A DNA stretch of 64,000 bases from Podarcis liolepis (taxonomy: Eukaryota): the NCBI GenBank assembly GCA_965112155.1, contig OZ218103.1. One strand, 5' to 3'. This document shows, piece after piece, positions 50,101-63,305 of the stretch (position 1 is the stretch's first letter; each line of letters opens with the position of its first letter). Under the pieces are notes generated by a model, which saw nothing but the letters and a program-made list of their open reading frames with translations, searched no databases and had not been told where the DNA came from. Both the position numbers and the translations under genes were made by a program.

Positions 50101-53100
50101 TAATCCATCTGTCAGGTATTACAAGGAACACCTCTCATTGTAATGCAGGCACATGCACCACAAATTTAAGAGGCCTGGCTGAAGAGAAAAGTCATTAGCT
50201 GGTGCATAAATATAGACAAGTATGCACCAGGTGAAGTTCTGAGGGGAGCGAATGTACCACAAATGGAGTGCTCTTGCCAAGACCCTCTGGTGCGTCATCT
50301 TGTGACTTCAGTCAGCAATGGCACTGCCAGAGGAGCCTCCAACCACAAAGCCTGGCCAGAACAATATGGGGTGTTTCTTCAGATAATCAGGCCCCTATTA
50401 TGCCATTTAGGGGTTTGTGTGTCAGAAATAAAACTCTGAAATTGGCCTGGTGGCCAATAGGCAGGAAAGTGTATGTATTTGAGGACTAGTTATACAGTCC
50501 TAGGCAAATATACCTACTAAAATTCTGGCTTCTGCAATCTCCAGATATGACTGATCTGAAGATCAGCCAAAGCTATTGCTCATTTTTTTTTTAGCAATCT
50601 GTTCTGGTTTACTATACAATTTGACTGGGAAAAAGAATGTCCATCCCAATTCTAAATATGCAACAGTTACCTGAATAATTACCCAATAGCACAGGAACAT
50701 TTGGGAGGCTAGAGAAACTAGGAGTGCGATTCTATGCATCCTACAATAACGTAAGCCGCATTACATTCAGGAGGCTTACTCCCAGGTAAGTATGTATTGG
50801 ATTGCAGCCTAAGGCTCCACTCTTAAACATGCTTATTAGGGAGCAATCCCCCTTGAACACAGTAGGAATTCTCAACAAGTATACAACCGCACCATAAGGC
50901 TGGAAATTCTATTCACAATTGGGAACAAATCATACTGAACCCAGCAAGATTTCTGAGCAAACACATCTAGGAATGAGTTCCAAGCAGAACAAGGAACAAA
51001 TATGATACATTGGGCTCTTGTGCTGTTTGATATCTTTAAGCGAAATCATTGCTATATTCAGTTCATGGATTATTACTACTATGAATTATAATTTCTAGGT
51101 TTACACTGCATTTAGGCTGTAGTTTAAGCACAGTGTTAATTCCTTTCTCTCCCCCCCCCCCTTTTTACTGATTTTAAGATCTCAGGTAGAACATTAATTT
51201 GATATTTCAATTCAGAACATTTTTGGGATTTTGCTTTTTAAAATAGATCACTACATACATTTAATCTATTTTAAAATTAAAAAATAACTTGCTTCCAATG
51301 TCTGCAAGCCACTGTCAAGTCTCACTTAGCCAAAATCTTGTAGGTTAACTAGGACTGTGAACTGTAGTCTTTAATGGATTTGGAGAGCAATGACCACATC
51401 AGTACAATGATACTTAACTGTCAAAGACAAGGAGCAGATGGGGGAAATTAAGCATTCTGGTCTGTGTACTGGTCTCTCTAATGTACTGATGCCTCTGGCA
51501 CTGGCCACTGTTAGCCTTTCATTATAAAATGAAAGTATAGTAAAGTTATGTTCTGTTTTAGTTTTGTCCAGTTTAATTTCTTGCACAACTGCATCGCCCA
51601 CTGTGCGTAACACACACATCCATGTTAACAGCAGGCAGCAGTGACTTTATGGACTTCTCTTGAGTTGTAACCTGCAAAACCAGCAAATAAATTCATTGCC
51701 TGCTCATAAAAAGAGCAGATAGGAAAGTGGAGGGGGAGGAAGAGGAAGGGAGAGGTCTCAGATCTTCATTGTACTTCTCTCATGGACACACAGAGATTCC
51801 TGTTTGATTCCTAGGTCCCAATTAATATTTATTTTATTTTAACCTGGATCAGTTATAGCACACACAGCTCACTTTGAGTTTTAAAAAATTGCACAAGGTC
51901 AACTGAATCAGGCCAACCCAACACACACTAAAGCTTCTCAATTATGGCCTTTGTTATCTCTCGTCAAAGAATGCATTCATTCAGCTTGCTTGTGGTAAAC
52001 TATTTGTTCACTGCAAAATGCAGCTAAATCCTAGAGGGATAACATTAATCATACAGCAATGTTAAAACCATGATGAAAATTCAGCAGTCGGTGTAGAAGT
52101 AACCATATGTTGGGCAGCAGCCATTTGATAATGCTAGGGGTTTTTTTGGTTCTTCATATGGCAAGTAATTTTTCTACCTACTTAAGAAGCTTTTAGTATA
52201 AAACAATGAAATCAAGCTTTCTCTTACAGTTTATGAACTTTCAAACTATATGCCCTGAATACAGAGTTGTATTTCTCAAAAAAAGTAAAAAAAAAAAATG
52301 TTGCTGATCAGTGAGTGGTTGCTATTCATTTGCTTTCCTGCATTAGCCTTCAATATTTTGTTCCTTAAATGTAAACAATGCATGGGAGGCATATCTTATT
52401 GTCCAAACTTTTACAAGTATTCCAATAAGAATAACTGCTTTGAATTTGTTTGAACATAACTTCATGTCAAACTCTGCTTGAGATACCCTTTTCAATCATT
52501 ATGGCACCCACCCACAGTTTGTCTCCTAACCTCATTCCTATTCATTATCTTGCTCAAAACTTCCCTTTTCCTGTTCTCTCTAAATTTGCTGCCCCTTCAC
52601 CCCAATAACTATACCTTACTGTAACTAAGTCAAAGTGTGTGTAATTGAAACCACCATGTTCTTCTCTGCCTGCATTTCCCTCCCACTTCCTCTGTTTTTC
52701 CTGTGTTTATTTTAGAATGCTATTTGTAAAGCATCGTGTTTTACCTGAACCAGTGGGTTCAAATTACAAGAAAGGAGATTCCAACTAATCATTAAGAAGA
52801 ACTTTCTGACAGTAAGAGCTGTTCAACAGTGGAAAGGCACTACATTAGAAGGGAAAGGGACTCTCTTTCATTGGAAGTGTTTAAATCTACCTGTCAGCTA
52901 TTTTTTAGCTGCAATTCCTGCATTTGCAGGACTAGGTATCCTTTGGGTCTCTTTCAACTCTACAGATCTATGATCTATGTGTACATAGGTAAGTCCCATA
53001 TAGATTTTTTTTAAAAAAACCCAATTTTAAGCCATATTAATTGTGCTTTATTTAGTTTCTTCTCTAATCAAATTTCAGTTCAAATACTAATATGTATTGA

Positions 53101-56100
53101 GACCCGAATTAACACGGGCAATCTGCTAAATCAGATAACACTACAAGGACATCAGAAAATTATTCCAGAAAACCCACATCACTGATTAGCCAAGCTGTGC
53201 TCTACAAGGCAACTGTGGGTAATTCTTATAGATATGTCCCTGGATTGAGCTTCACAGAAGGTCTCTGGGAAACTTTTTAATGATATTTATTTTGATAAAG
53301 AGAACACAATCAGACTGGGAACCAATGGTGACATTCACTCAGAATACTCACTGTCAACTATAACATCCCTGAAAATAAGTATTTATAATGAATTTAATTC
53401 TTGGTTAGTAGTAAGGAGTGACAGTCTAGCAATAGGTTTTGGATGGAATTGTATTCCCCTTGAGGGGGAAAAAAATCAGGTTTGCTACCACACTGTTTTC
53501 AGGCAAAATTCAAAGTCATTGTCTTTAAAACCCTATATTTTTCAGTCCAGGATATTTAAAGGACTGCCACCTGCCCTACTTTAATCTTGCCTGTCCACTG
53601 AGGTCAATGAGAGAGGCGCTTTTTGTATGTCCAATCACCCATCACCATCTGAAACATGGTGGTTGGGACTAGCACTGCTCTATTTATCTAGCCCAGTACC
53701 CTCTACCCTGACTGGTCTTGCACAGAGGCTTTTCACAGGCTGGAGGTGCCAAGGATTGAACATGGAATATTCTGTATGCAAATATTGCACTCCACCACTG
53801 AGCTACGGCCCCTCGTTATGCAGATTCAAATTCTGTGGAATGTATTGCTACATTGCATGTATAAAAAAGTCAAATAATACATGATCAAATCTCTCTGTGG
53901 AGACTTCCCCAGAGATACAATTCTGGAAGTTTATACAACCTGAGTTATTCCTTAGGCTGAAATCTTCACTTAAAGAAGCTGAAACTGAGCTCCAAAGAGT
54001 TAACAAATGTTTATACATAAACAGATGTGAGTGAACATAAAGCTCCTTTTGTGTGTTGAGAGAGCTTAACATCTGCTTTGCACAGTGTAATCCTGCTAAG
54101 GAAGTTCAACATTTATTTTCTTCTCACATAAGAAAAGATATCCACTAGCAATAGCTTGTTCAGGCCCAATGCAGTTTCCATTAATTTTCTTTGTGCTGCT
54201 GAAAGCAAAGAAGGATTGCTTTATATTCAGGCATGTTACCACAGTTTCCTTCACATTAGCTAAAACAGCCAAATGGGACAATATGATCCTGCTACTGTCT
54301 TAATGGTTACATACAACTTTTACAGTATTGCTAAAGAAATCCATGTCTGCTAAATGAAGTCATTTAAGAGACTCAATTTATGCTGAAAAGTGTGATATAA
54401 ACACACACTCTCTCTCTCTATACATATATATATAAACAAGAGAGAGTTCAGACAATTTTGCACTGTAAAAGTTTGTCTCAGACAAACAGATTTATCTAAA
54501 AACATTAACAGGTAAGAAATGCATCCTCACAATAACTCATTGTCTCCTGCTTCTCATCCTTTTTCAATATTCCTTTCTGCCAACTTGAAGGTTTTACAAG
54601 CAAATTATCTAAATCCAAATATAAAGTTCACTAGCTTAAATAGCAATTCCATAAATCAAAGGAAGGTAGGAAAAAGGCTAGCATAAAAAAAATATGAGTA
54701 GAATTGTTACCATTTAAGTAACATTGGTATTTCTATTTTAGGATTTTTAATTTTAGGATTGTGGAGCTTTTGTACTACTCTGGCTTGTCAAACTTGAAAA
54801 TCTTGAAAACTTTTCAAGAAGCATAATGGCAACATGGAAATCTACTCCTCATTCTCCACAGTGTTCTCAGTATATTTTGCATTTAGACCAGGGTGCAGGG
54901 AAGAACCTTTGGTCGTTAGTCTGATAAGGATCCCAAAATGGTCCACAAGGATGTTTTCCTCAAAAAACCCTGAGCTGTCTGTCTCTCCTTGTAAGCTTCA
55001 TGCATGTGCCTCTGGCTGGAAAGCATACAAGCAAAAATGCTACTATTTTTCAAATGAGGAAAAGAACTGGACCCTCAGCCAGAGCTTCTGTGCTTCACAG
55101 AATGCCTCTCAGGCTGTGTTTAAAAGCAAAGAAGAAATGGTGAGAAATGCAAATATTTTAGCTGTTCAACACAAGTCCTTTGTGATACTGATAAAGATGT
55201 TCAACCATTAGGGGCTTTGCTGGGCTTAAATATAAAACCTCTTAGGATCCTACCTAGAAAACACGAACAAGTCAGATAAATACTGGCAAAGGAGGTTTGC
55301 AGTGCAATCCTAACCACGCCTACCCAGAAGAAAATCCTATTGAATTAAATGGGGCTTTCTGCCAGGAAATAGAACTGCTAGTACATTTGCAAAGCTAAGC
55401 AGGTCTGCTTTGGTTTCAAAGTGGATGGGGGATTGCAAGGTGAGATTCCTGCCTCTCAGAGGGTTGGAACAGATTGCCCGCGGGGTCCCTTCCAACTCTA
55501 CAATTCTATACCCCATACCTGTGATGTCAAGTATGCAGCAGGTAGACACACAGCAGCCAACAAATGATTTGGAGTGTGCTCCCAGTTGTTCCTTGGCAAG
55601 TGAGGATTGGTGCTGCTGAAAGAACCAATTACTTTGTATTCCCAGCTTGAATTCAAGCAGGTGATTCAAATGATTTTAATCTACTGGCATGGCTCAAGCC
55701 ATGGCGACAAAGGAAAATAATTACTCTGCATCATCTGTTGAAGTCAGGTAATTTGGTAATTTGAGTGGACAGCTCCACCCAGCTGTCAAATTGGTCTGCA
55801 GGGGATGGGGGAGCTGCCAAAATGGCCCACCAGCTGCTAAAGCTTCCCTGCCCCTGATTTAAAGGGTTCAAAAAGGTTGCACATATGAATACATTATAGT
55901 GTTGTAATTCTAACTATCTATAAAGGTAGATATCATCATAGTACAAATGGGGAGAGGGGTCAACATTGAGAAGATGTAGCTTTTTTAAGGCTACCTAGTG
56001 AGTTCAGGGCTGATTCAAATGGGAGAATTCATCGTTTGTATCTCAATCACTTAAATAGTAAGATAAGAGTGAAACCACAGGCAACACTAACAGGAATTAT

Positions 56101-57505
56101 GATTTGCTCACCAATATTGTAACACCAAACAATTTTACACTATTAAGTGATATCAATGCAGCCTAAGTGCTGTTGTACTAAAGCTTCTCATCTTAGTGTT
56201 TCAGGCATAACCTAATTACTTTCAAGGCTCACACAACTCTTCAGTCATAAGTATACCACCTGTTAATATTTGCCCTCCATTTGAATTAGTTTTAAAAAGA
56301 CCACAGTTCAGTTACAAAAATCAGTATACTGAAGTCTGGAAATACTCATATAAACAGAAGATGTGGCATTTGGGATGCTTTGCTTCCCAAGAACAGAGAC
56401 AGTAACTCTTTCTTCCATTTTGTCCCATCTCCCCAGAGTTGGCAGACTATTAAAGTGCATCCCAGCTGGTCATTTGCAGTTTTGGCATGAGAACCTTCAT
56501 CGTAACTCGGCATTTTACCTATGGCACATTTAAAAAACCACTATCACTATTTTTTAATCATTAGCTGTTTATAATAGTGTTGTTTATGAATTAGTGCCAA
56601 AACAACAGATAATCGTCAAGGGGATAAATTTCTGATTGTTTTCCTCACCAGTTTGCAATTACAATGGGACATTTATAAGGAAAGAAATGATTTTCGTATT
56701 ACTAGCTGCAATGTTAAATAGTCATAATGACACGGCATCTTGAAAAGCAAAGTTTATGCAATTATTTGTAGCCCTGTTTTATGCATCAGTTGAACAGTTG
56801 CTGGAGTAAAACTACTACCAGCTTAGTGTTGCTCTGTAGCAGTTTAGGTCACCTGTAGAACAATGTTGAATGTATCTGAAGTTATGGGGAACATTTAAAT
56901 ATACAGCAATAAACCTTTAAGAAAGTAGGGTGGGACACAGAGACAAGTCTGTATGTCTGCATCTTTTTGTAGTTTTATATTATAAAATGTGTAGCAGCTG
57001 GATCCCTAGGCTTTGGGAACTAAAAGTTTGAATAACTTGCTGCGAACAAATTAAAGAAGTTGTGCAACCACCTTCCCAGGAACATAATCCTAACTCATTT
57101 ATTTGTGACCTCTACTTCAGGTTAGTTTCTTCTCAGACATCTACACAACACGAGTTGTTCTGGGAAAGTTTAATCCACTAAACTAGGTTTTCAGTGTTTT
57201 TTCACAATCTTTTAAAGTGACATTTTACGTAACAGTTTTACAGTTTGAGGCACTGAGTGGGGCTGGAGAAAAGTAAAACTACGCAAGATTGTTTGTAGTT
57301 CGCTAAGTAATACACATCCTATTGCCAAATGGTTTCATTTGATAGAGACGCATGGTACCTTGGATGTCAGATCCCGATGGAAAATGCCTTTATAGTGAAG
57401 GTAAGTGAGTCCCAGAGCAATGTCCAGTGCCAGCTTCACCCTTACTGTCCAAGGCAGGTGTTGATTACCATCCAACAGCTGTTCTAGGTTACCACAGTTG
57501 ATATA
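41118..57505 (-). CDS. TESK2: Dual-specificity testis-specific protein kinase 2, 5'-partial; exons in window 57359-57505, 49831-49913, 48129-48204, 46420-46503, 45082-45168, 44503-44650, 41118-42121
   Basis: [11 protein letters not shown]...[10 protein letters not shown]|NCLIK...[10 protein letters not shown]|...[21 protein letters not shown]|[28 protein letters not shown]|NFGLD...|MDPKLRPSF...|...LSRSQSDIF...[16 protein letters not shown]...[13 protein letters not shown], in phase, 1629 nt. Exons for the kinase N-lobe were not found and are presumed beyond 64000. Confidence 0.95.
52107..52164 (+). CDS. Candidate upstream (signal-anchor/TM) exon of the nested lectin gene
   Basis: ATG...[19 protein letters not shown] + A|GTAATT (phase 1) joins in frame to 54862 and completes a 21-residue hydrophobic stretch. 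Donor and Kozak context are weak. Confidence 0.3.
52730..52975 (+). mobile_element. CR1 LINE 3' fragment
   Basis: aagaagaactttctgacagtaagagctgttcaacagtgga...ctctttcattggaagtgtttaaa...tctttcaactctacagatctatgatctatg: typical CR1 terminus. Confidence 0.7.
54862..55139 (+). CDS. Exon of a group-V C-type lectin-like receptor (CLEC2/CD69-like), nested antisense in a TESK2 intron; gene incomplete or degenerate in this window
   Basis: [45 protein letters not shown] fits C-x3-W-x6-CYYFS-x4-NW-x2-S-x2-C of NK-type CTLDs. Acceptor tcctcattctccacag at 54861 (phase 1) and donor ATG|GTGAGA at 55140 sit where this exon usually ends. Confidence 0.7.
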
Positions 57506-58141
57506 CTGAAAATATATTTAAAAAAATTAAAAAGAAAAGAAAAGAACCACAGTTAAACTTCAAAGTACAGACAGGTGAGGAATTTCTTCTTGGATTTAGT
57601 GGGGCAAATGTAAGTTCCTCCAACTGTATTAATGATATACTAACTCAAACCAAACAATCATAAAAGTAAATAATCTATTAACTTTAAGATTGGTAGGTGA
57701 ATGCATCCCCAATAACTCCTGGACATCCTCCTTGTTGGCATCCATCTATCTCGAGAGACAATGGAGTGTGCGTCCAGGGGTGAAGACAAACTGCTGTGTT
57801 AGCAGTACAGAAGTAACTTTCCAGTGTGTATGGAGGTCCTGAGGGGCCCAGATGGACAAGACCCCCTCCCCCGGCCTCACTGATGTGGTCCAAAGGAAAG
57901 CAGAGCAATATGTTTGGCACAAGCTAGGCTGCCTCAGTTGCTAGTAGGAGGGCATACAAGGTGCCATCCAACAGTCTTAGGGACCCCATTTGGGATATGT
58001 TTAGAAACCACCTTCTTGACCCATTTTTCATGAATGCACAGGAAACTGTCAAGGCTGAGTCAGACCTTCGGTCCATCTAGCTCAGTATTGTTAACACTGA
58101 CTGTCAGTGACTCTCCAGGGTTTCAGCCAAGGGACATTCTC

Positions 58142-58574
58142 TCTTTTCCCCCAAGTTTTTTTAATTAGTTTTCCACAAAATGTTTAAACACGCAAACAAA
58201 TAAACAAACAATCATAAATCCTAACCTTATTAAAACTAATCTTATTAACATTGTTAAGTGACTTCCTCGTATCCCCTTGGTTGAATTTCAGTGTATATCA
58301 TTTTAAAGGTTTTCCAAAACCTATATTCTCATAAAATTAACTTAGTCACTTAACATCTTTCTTTCTTTCCCAATCTAAATTTCAACATAGTAATTTATCA
58401 CATTACATATTTAAGTCCTAAGCCTATCTGGTATTTGCAAGCCTTTCTAATTAATTTAACTTAACATATTTAACTAAATAGTCTTTAAATTTCGTCAATT
58501 CTTCCTGGTAATCCTCCTCCTTCTGGTCACGGACTCTTCCAGTCAGGTCGGCTAGCTCCGAAAAATCCATCATC
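58142..58574 (-). mobile_element. 5'-truncated L1-clade LINE inserted into a SINE, 19-bp TSD
   Basis: Direct repeat tcagccaagggacattctc at 58123-58141 and 58575-58593. Minus strand encodes MMDFSELADLTGRVRDQKEEDYQEELTKFKDYLVKYVKLN*, resembling a squamate L1 ORF2 C-terminus, then an AT-rich 3'UTR and A-rich end. Confidence 0.8.
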
Positions 58575-59848
58575 TCAGCCAAGGGACATTCTCAGCCCTA
58601 CTTAGACAAGCCAGGGATTGAACCTGGGCCCTTTAGAATGCAACACACGTGCTCTGCTACTGAGCTATGACCCTTCCCTAAAGCACAGCATACACCAAAA
58701 GAGGAGGAAATGACAACTGGAAAGAGGTAGTGCAGACAAAACAACTGATAACTGAGACTAGATTTCAATTAACATGGTTAGTTTTTGCCAGCAGGTGGTG
58801 GCATGAAGTAATTCAAGGTTCTCCTCTCTCCCTGTATTTCTACTATAAAAAGAGTTCTCATGTAGTAGATTTCTAACTGCTAAACACCACATACTGTAGT
58901 GCAATATTTCTGCAAGTCAGCCCAGACTTCAGGCATGTAGAGAAGTACTATCAAATAAGTCCCACTTGTTAAACTGCAAGAGCTGAAGAAATTCATGTGC
59001 ACAAAGAATAAATATACAACATTCATTCTATATTTGCACCCCTCTTTAAATACAATGAGACCAAAAATTTATATCCAAGTGGGATTACTTTAACACAAAC
59101 CAGTGACCCAGCAACTGTATCATCCACTGAGCTACAAATCAAAGAACTGTTAATTTCTAGCTGTCCAGAATACTTGAGGATCTAAAGAGGATCAAAACGA
59201 AGTGTTCCTTGGCTAGATGCCAAACTACTTGGCCCAGATTTTAGGAGCCAGCTCAAGTTTCTCAACGTATTATGCCAGGAGAGTTCATGGCCACCTCACA
59301 AAAAAGTGCAGTTGTTTACCACTTGTGGACCAGGACTAGTTTATGTAGCGATTTCCACTACAAGCAAATTAATTGTGCATATTAACGCAGATTGCCCTTT
59401 GGAAGCAACAGTTATCTGCCCCAGGCAAATACAAGTTTCTGATGCAGCAAAAATTAAGTCTTCCAGGATCCACTGTGCCTGCATGGTTACTGCCATAATT
59501 AAAAGAGAGATGCCCATGAACATACATGTAGGAAATATATTCCAATGGTATGTGATAACATTCTTGCACGCACTCTGCTGTATTCTGTTTGTCAAGTCAT
59601 TATTTAAATTCTATTAATTTTATTCAATTTATGAGTCATCCAGTAATGCAGCAACTTGCTTAGGAACAAAGGAAGCCGCCTTTTATTGAGGGAGACCCAT
59701 CAGCCCATCTAGAACATTTGCCAGTCAGATACTCTCATGGACAACCTTCTGTGGGCCACATGATAGTGGTGCATAGGGCCAGTGGCAAGAACTGGGTGCA
59801 GCAACGGATGTGAATCTTTACCTTCGTTCAACCACACAAACATCAGAA

Positions 59849-59879
59849 GTCAGTCAGTCAGTCAGTCAGTCAGTCAGTC

Positions 59880-59936
<57 letters not shown>
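59849..59936. repeat. Compound microsatellite (GTCA)n-(CT)n-(CA)n
   Basis: Directly visible tandem runs inside a hAT-like relic. Confidence 0.95.
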
Positions 59937-60127
59937 GTCCATCTACCATTCAAGGAAACAAGAATCATTGTCATAGTTCAAGGATAGATTTGTGCCAGGC
60001 AAAAGCACTTGAGGCGGCTGTGGAGCACTACAGTGAGGGGTGTGACCTTGGGAAAATCTCAATGGCTGACTAGAAAAGGCACTGGAGGTTCAGATTCGGC
60101 CTCCAGGCCTGAGGTTCCCCACCGTGT

Positions 60128-60255
60128 TCTACACTGACTGGCAGTAGCACTCTAGGATTTCAGACAGGGGCATTCCCAGTCCTACCCGGAAATGCCAGGG
60201 ATTGAACTTGGGACCTTCTGCATGCAAAGCAGATGCTCTGTCACTGAGCTATGGC
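60128..60255 (-). mobile_element. tRNA-derived SINE head (also at about 58595-58675 and 53700-53810)
   Basis: Minus strand CCATAGCTCAGTGACAGAGCATCTGCTTTGCATGCAGAAGGTCCCAAGTTCAATCCCTGGCAT with A/B boxes; continues into non-tRNA body. Confidence 0.65.
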
Positions 60256-60619
60256 TCTCCTGCTTGCTTCATCCAGCACTCTATGGAACCATGCAAATGT
60301 TTTGGGATGAAAATAGTGGCATACTTTTTTGATAGTTAAAACAACTGAGCTACAGTATCTACTTTGCAAATCACAGTTGTTCGCAGATTCCCTGGTGTGA
60401 GAATCTGCAGTTTTGGAGCAATACTGATGTCAGGTCTTCTTGCAATGCACCACACCTCTTTACATGGTACTAAGCTGCAGGAGATCACAGTCCTGCTACA
60501 TAATGTCCAACCGTCATTCTCAAAGAGCCTCCTTTGCACAAGCAGTACTTCCTTCATATTTTTCTCAGAACATATTGTCCTTCACAGTTCAGTATTGTTT
60601 TGTCTCCTGCATATCATTG

Positions 60620-61370
60620 TTTGAAGGACTGAGAGGTGTCGTGGCAGATGTGCTGAACCAGTGCCTGGCCTTGATAATGGAATTGGTGAGCAACAACAAA
60701 CTGAAGCTCAACTCAGACAAGAGATATGCAGAGTCAGTAGGTAGCCTTCCCCCGTCCAGGTGGGTCAGAATCCCATTGAAGAAACAGGTGTGCAAACCTG
60801 GGGGGTACTCCTGTATCCTCAATTGTCAATGAAGGAACAAGTGGGCTCCATGCCGCCAAGTGCCTTTTAACAGCTATGGCTGGTGGTCCAGCAGCCTTCC
60901 TATCTGGATACAGATAGCCTGGCTTGAGTGATGTGGTAATAGGATAGGTAATAGGATAGATTACTGCATTGTGTTTTATGTTGAAATACCTTTGAAGACT
61001 ATTCAGTAACTGCAGCTAGTGCAGAATGTGGTAGTCAGACTGACCAGGACTAGCTGGCCATATAAATTCAGTTCTGGCTAGCTTGTGCTGACTGTCAATA
61101 TTTTTTTCCTGCGCCCAATTCAAAGTGCTAATCTTGGGTGGCTATGAACGCCAGCACTTCAAGGACTGCTTTTCCTCACATGAAGGTGAAATCAATATCT
61201 GAGGTCCTTCTGTGTGCCCCCCTCCAACAGATATTCAGAGGGTGTCAACAAGAGAAGCTACCCACAAATAATGGATAGTCCTTCCCCGAGATGCTTCCTT
61301 GGCACTGACTTTGTCACCTTCACAGTTCCAGCCAAAAACATTTTTATTCTCACAAGCATTTGGAAAGAGT
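60620..61370 (+). mobile_element. Degenerate L2-like LINE fragment
   Basis: Frameshifted RT C-terminal words (LNQCL...NKLKLNSDK, RIDYC, LQLVQN); boundaries approximate. Confidence 0.55.
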
Positions 61371-63116
61371 TCCAATAGTCTGAATTTTGGTTATTTATTT
61401 TTAGTGTTCATTCCTATGAATGTGGGCTGATTATTTTTATATTGCTGGGTGGTTTTTGTGAATTTACACTTTTCATATTTGTTTTGTTCCAATGGCCTTT
61501 TATTGTGTATAAACTGCATAGTGTTGTAAATCACTGTGGGACTTTTTCCTGCATGAAGCAATTCATAAATTGATTTGGAACAAACCACTGATTAGTTTGC
61601 TGTGTCTATACTGCAGACAATAATTAAACTGGGCTTACCAGGTATTTTAGTATTACCCATTTTTGAATTCAGCTTACAAGTATATTAGCACATTGCACTT
61701 TTAACACAATCACTCTTTTTTCTTCTGTATGGGCAATAGTCAACGTCACAGAATTGGACCTCCACTCATGCAACTGGACTTCCTCTTTCCAATCCCCTGC
61801 ACCTGCCACAGCTCAGCCACCATAACAGAGTTGCAGCATGCACAGAGGGCTGCAATGGGAGCAGGAATCCATTCCACAAACTCTAACATGCCACTGATGG
61901 ATCAGTGGATATCACCCTCTTGTTTATTGAATGCTATGTCGCCACAGCAAAATGAGCTCAGCATGTAAAGCATGGAGTTGTCCTGTATGCAGATACTGGA
62001 AATATCTGACTACAAATCATTAATGAAGGTTTAATTAAGAAAGACCTTTAATAGTGAAAGGGCTATAATAGTGCAAACGTGTCCAATTTCATGCTGATTG
62101 CCTGTTTGGCTTCAGATTACTTTGTCTATTGTAACTGTAACTTAATCTCATCTGTTGATGCAGTTAGCACATAAAAAAGGCAAGATCCAGTCTCCTCAAA
62201 CATTTGGTACCATAGATCTGAATAAATCTTCCCCAGGAGGAATTATAACACTTTGCTCATTTCTCTTTACATAGTAGGACTACGGCTCATTTCACCAGCC
62301 CCACAGGCTCCCATAGTCAAGAATCTCAGGTGAAAGGATCTCTATGACCAAGCTATTCCACCTTCCACCTCCCAACAAGTTATCAGTCCCAATGCAAGTA
62401 CTGGAAGATGTGGTCTTTGCAATTTCAAATATGCATGCTCTGAATGTCTGCCATTTCAGAGAAATTAACTATCCTATGGGGCCTTGCTCCAGCTGATGCT
62501 ACAAGATAAGCACTGCTTTAACAGTTGGGCCTAAAAATTCATTGTGTGTACAAATGCAATTACAATTCTACAATACTTAAAACCAAATTAATCCAACTCT
62601 TCAAAATAGGGATAAGGCTCCACCTAATTATATATTTGGAATAGCCTTCTAAGCAAGGGGGGGGGAGTAAAGTAAAAAAGTGTAATGATGTGACAGCTTT
62701 TGCTCCCACTATGTACAAAACAAACTGTGGCTTTGCAAGTAACAGAGGACTTTTTTCCAACTGGAACAAGGGTTAAGTACATCAGGAGTGGCAGCTCAGG
62801 ACTGAAGGCTGGGAATATTTGTACTCCAAGTATGCCAACAATTCAAATTCCATTAAAAATACAAGTCTGCCCTTGAAGAGCTAGATGGGAAGGAAAGGCC
62901 TACTGGGTGTGTTGTTGGAACTCAGCTGAATGTTGTTTCTTTTCTTCACAATCCTTGATAGAGTATACTTTAAGCAGCAATACAAATTCATGTAGATCTA
63001 AATTCTTGATTCTGATGTTTTTACTTCTGAGTGTTTGCAAAGTTGTTGTATGGTCCTATGAAACTGTGGGTTGTAGGAAAGTATTAGAAAATTCGGGATT
63101 AGAGAAATTTGTAGGT

Positions 63117-63305
63117 AACAGTAAAGTACCCCTGGGTGGTTAAGTCCAGTCAAAGGCGACTATGGGGTACAGCACTCATCTCGCTTTCAGGCCAAGGGAG
63201 CCAGAGTTTGCCCACAGACAGCCTTCCGGGTCATGTGGCCAGCATGACTAAATCGCTTCTGGTGCAACACCACCAGTGATGGAAGCCAGAGCCCACGGAA
63301 ACGCC
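63117..63305 (-). mobile_element. Truncated Sauria-type SINE (3' half)
   Basis: Closely similar to 8945-9130 (ggttaagtccagtcaaaggcgactatgggg...cagcatgactaaa). Confidence 0.8.

Noticed and set aside
56430-57190. Acceptor-like sites at about 56437, 56650 and 57120 as downstream lectin exons
   Set aside because: Translations lack the WIGL, WxWxDG and terminal Cys motifs and hit stops quickly.
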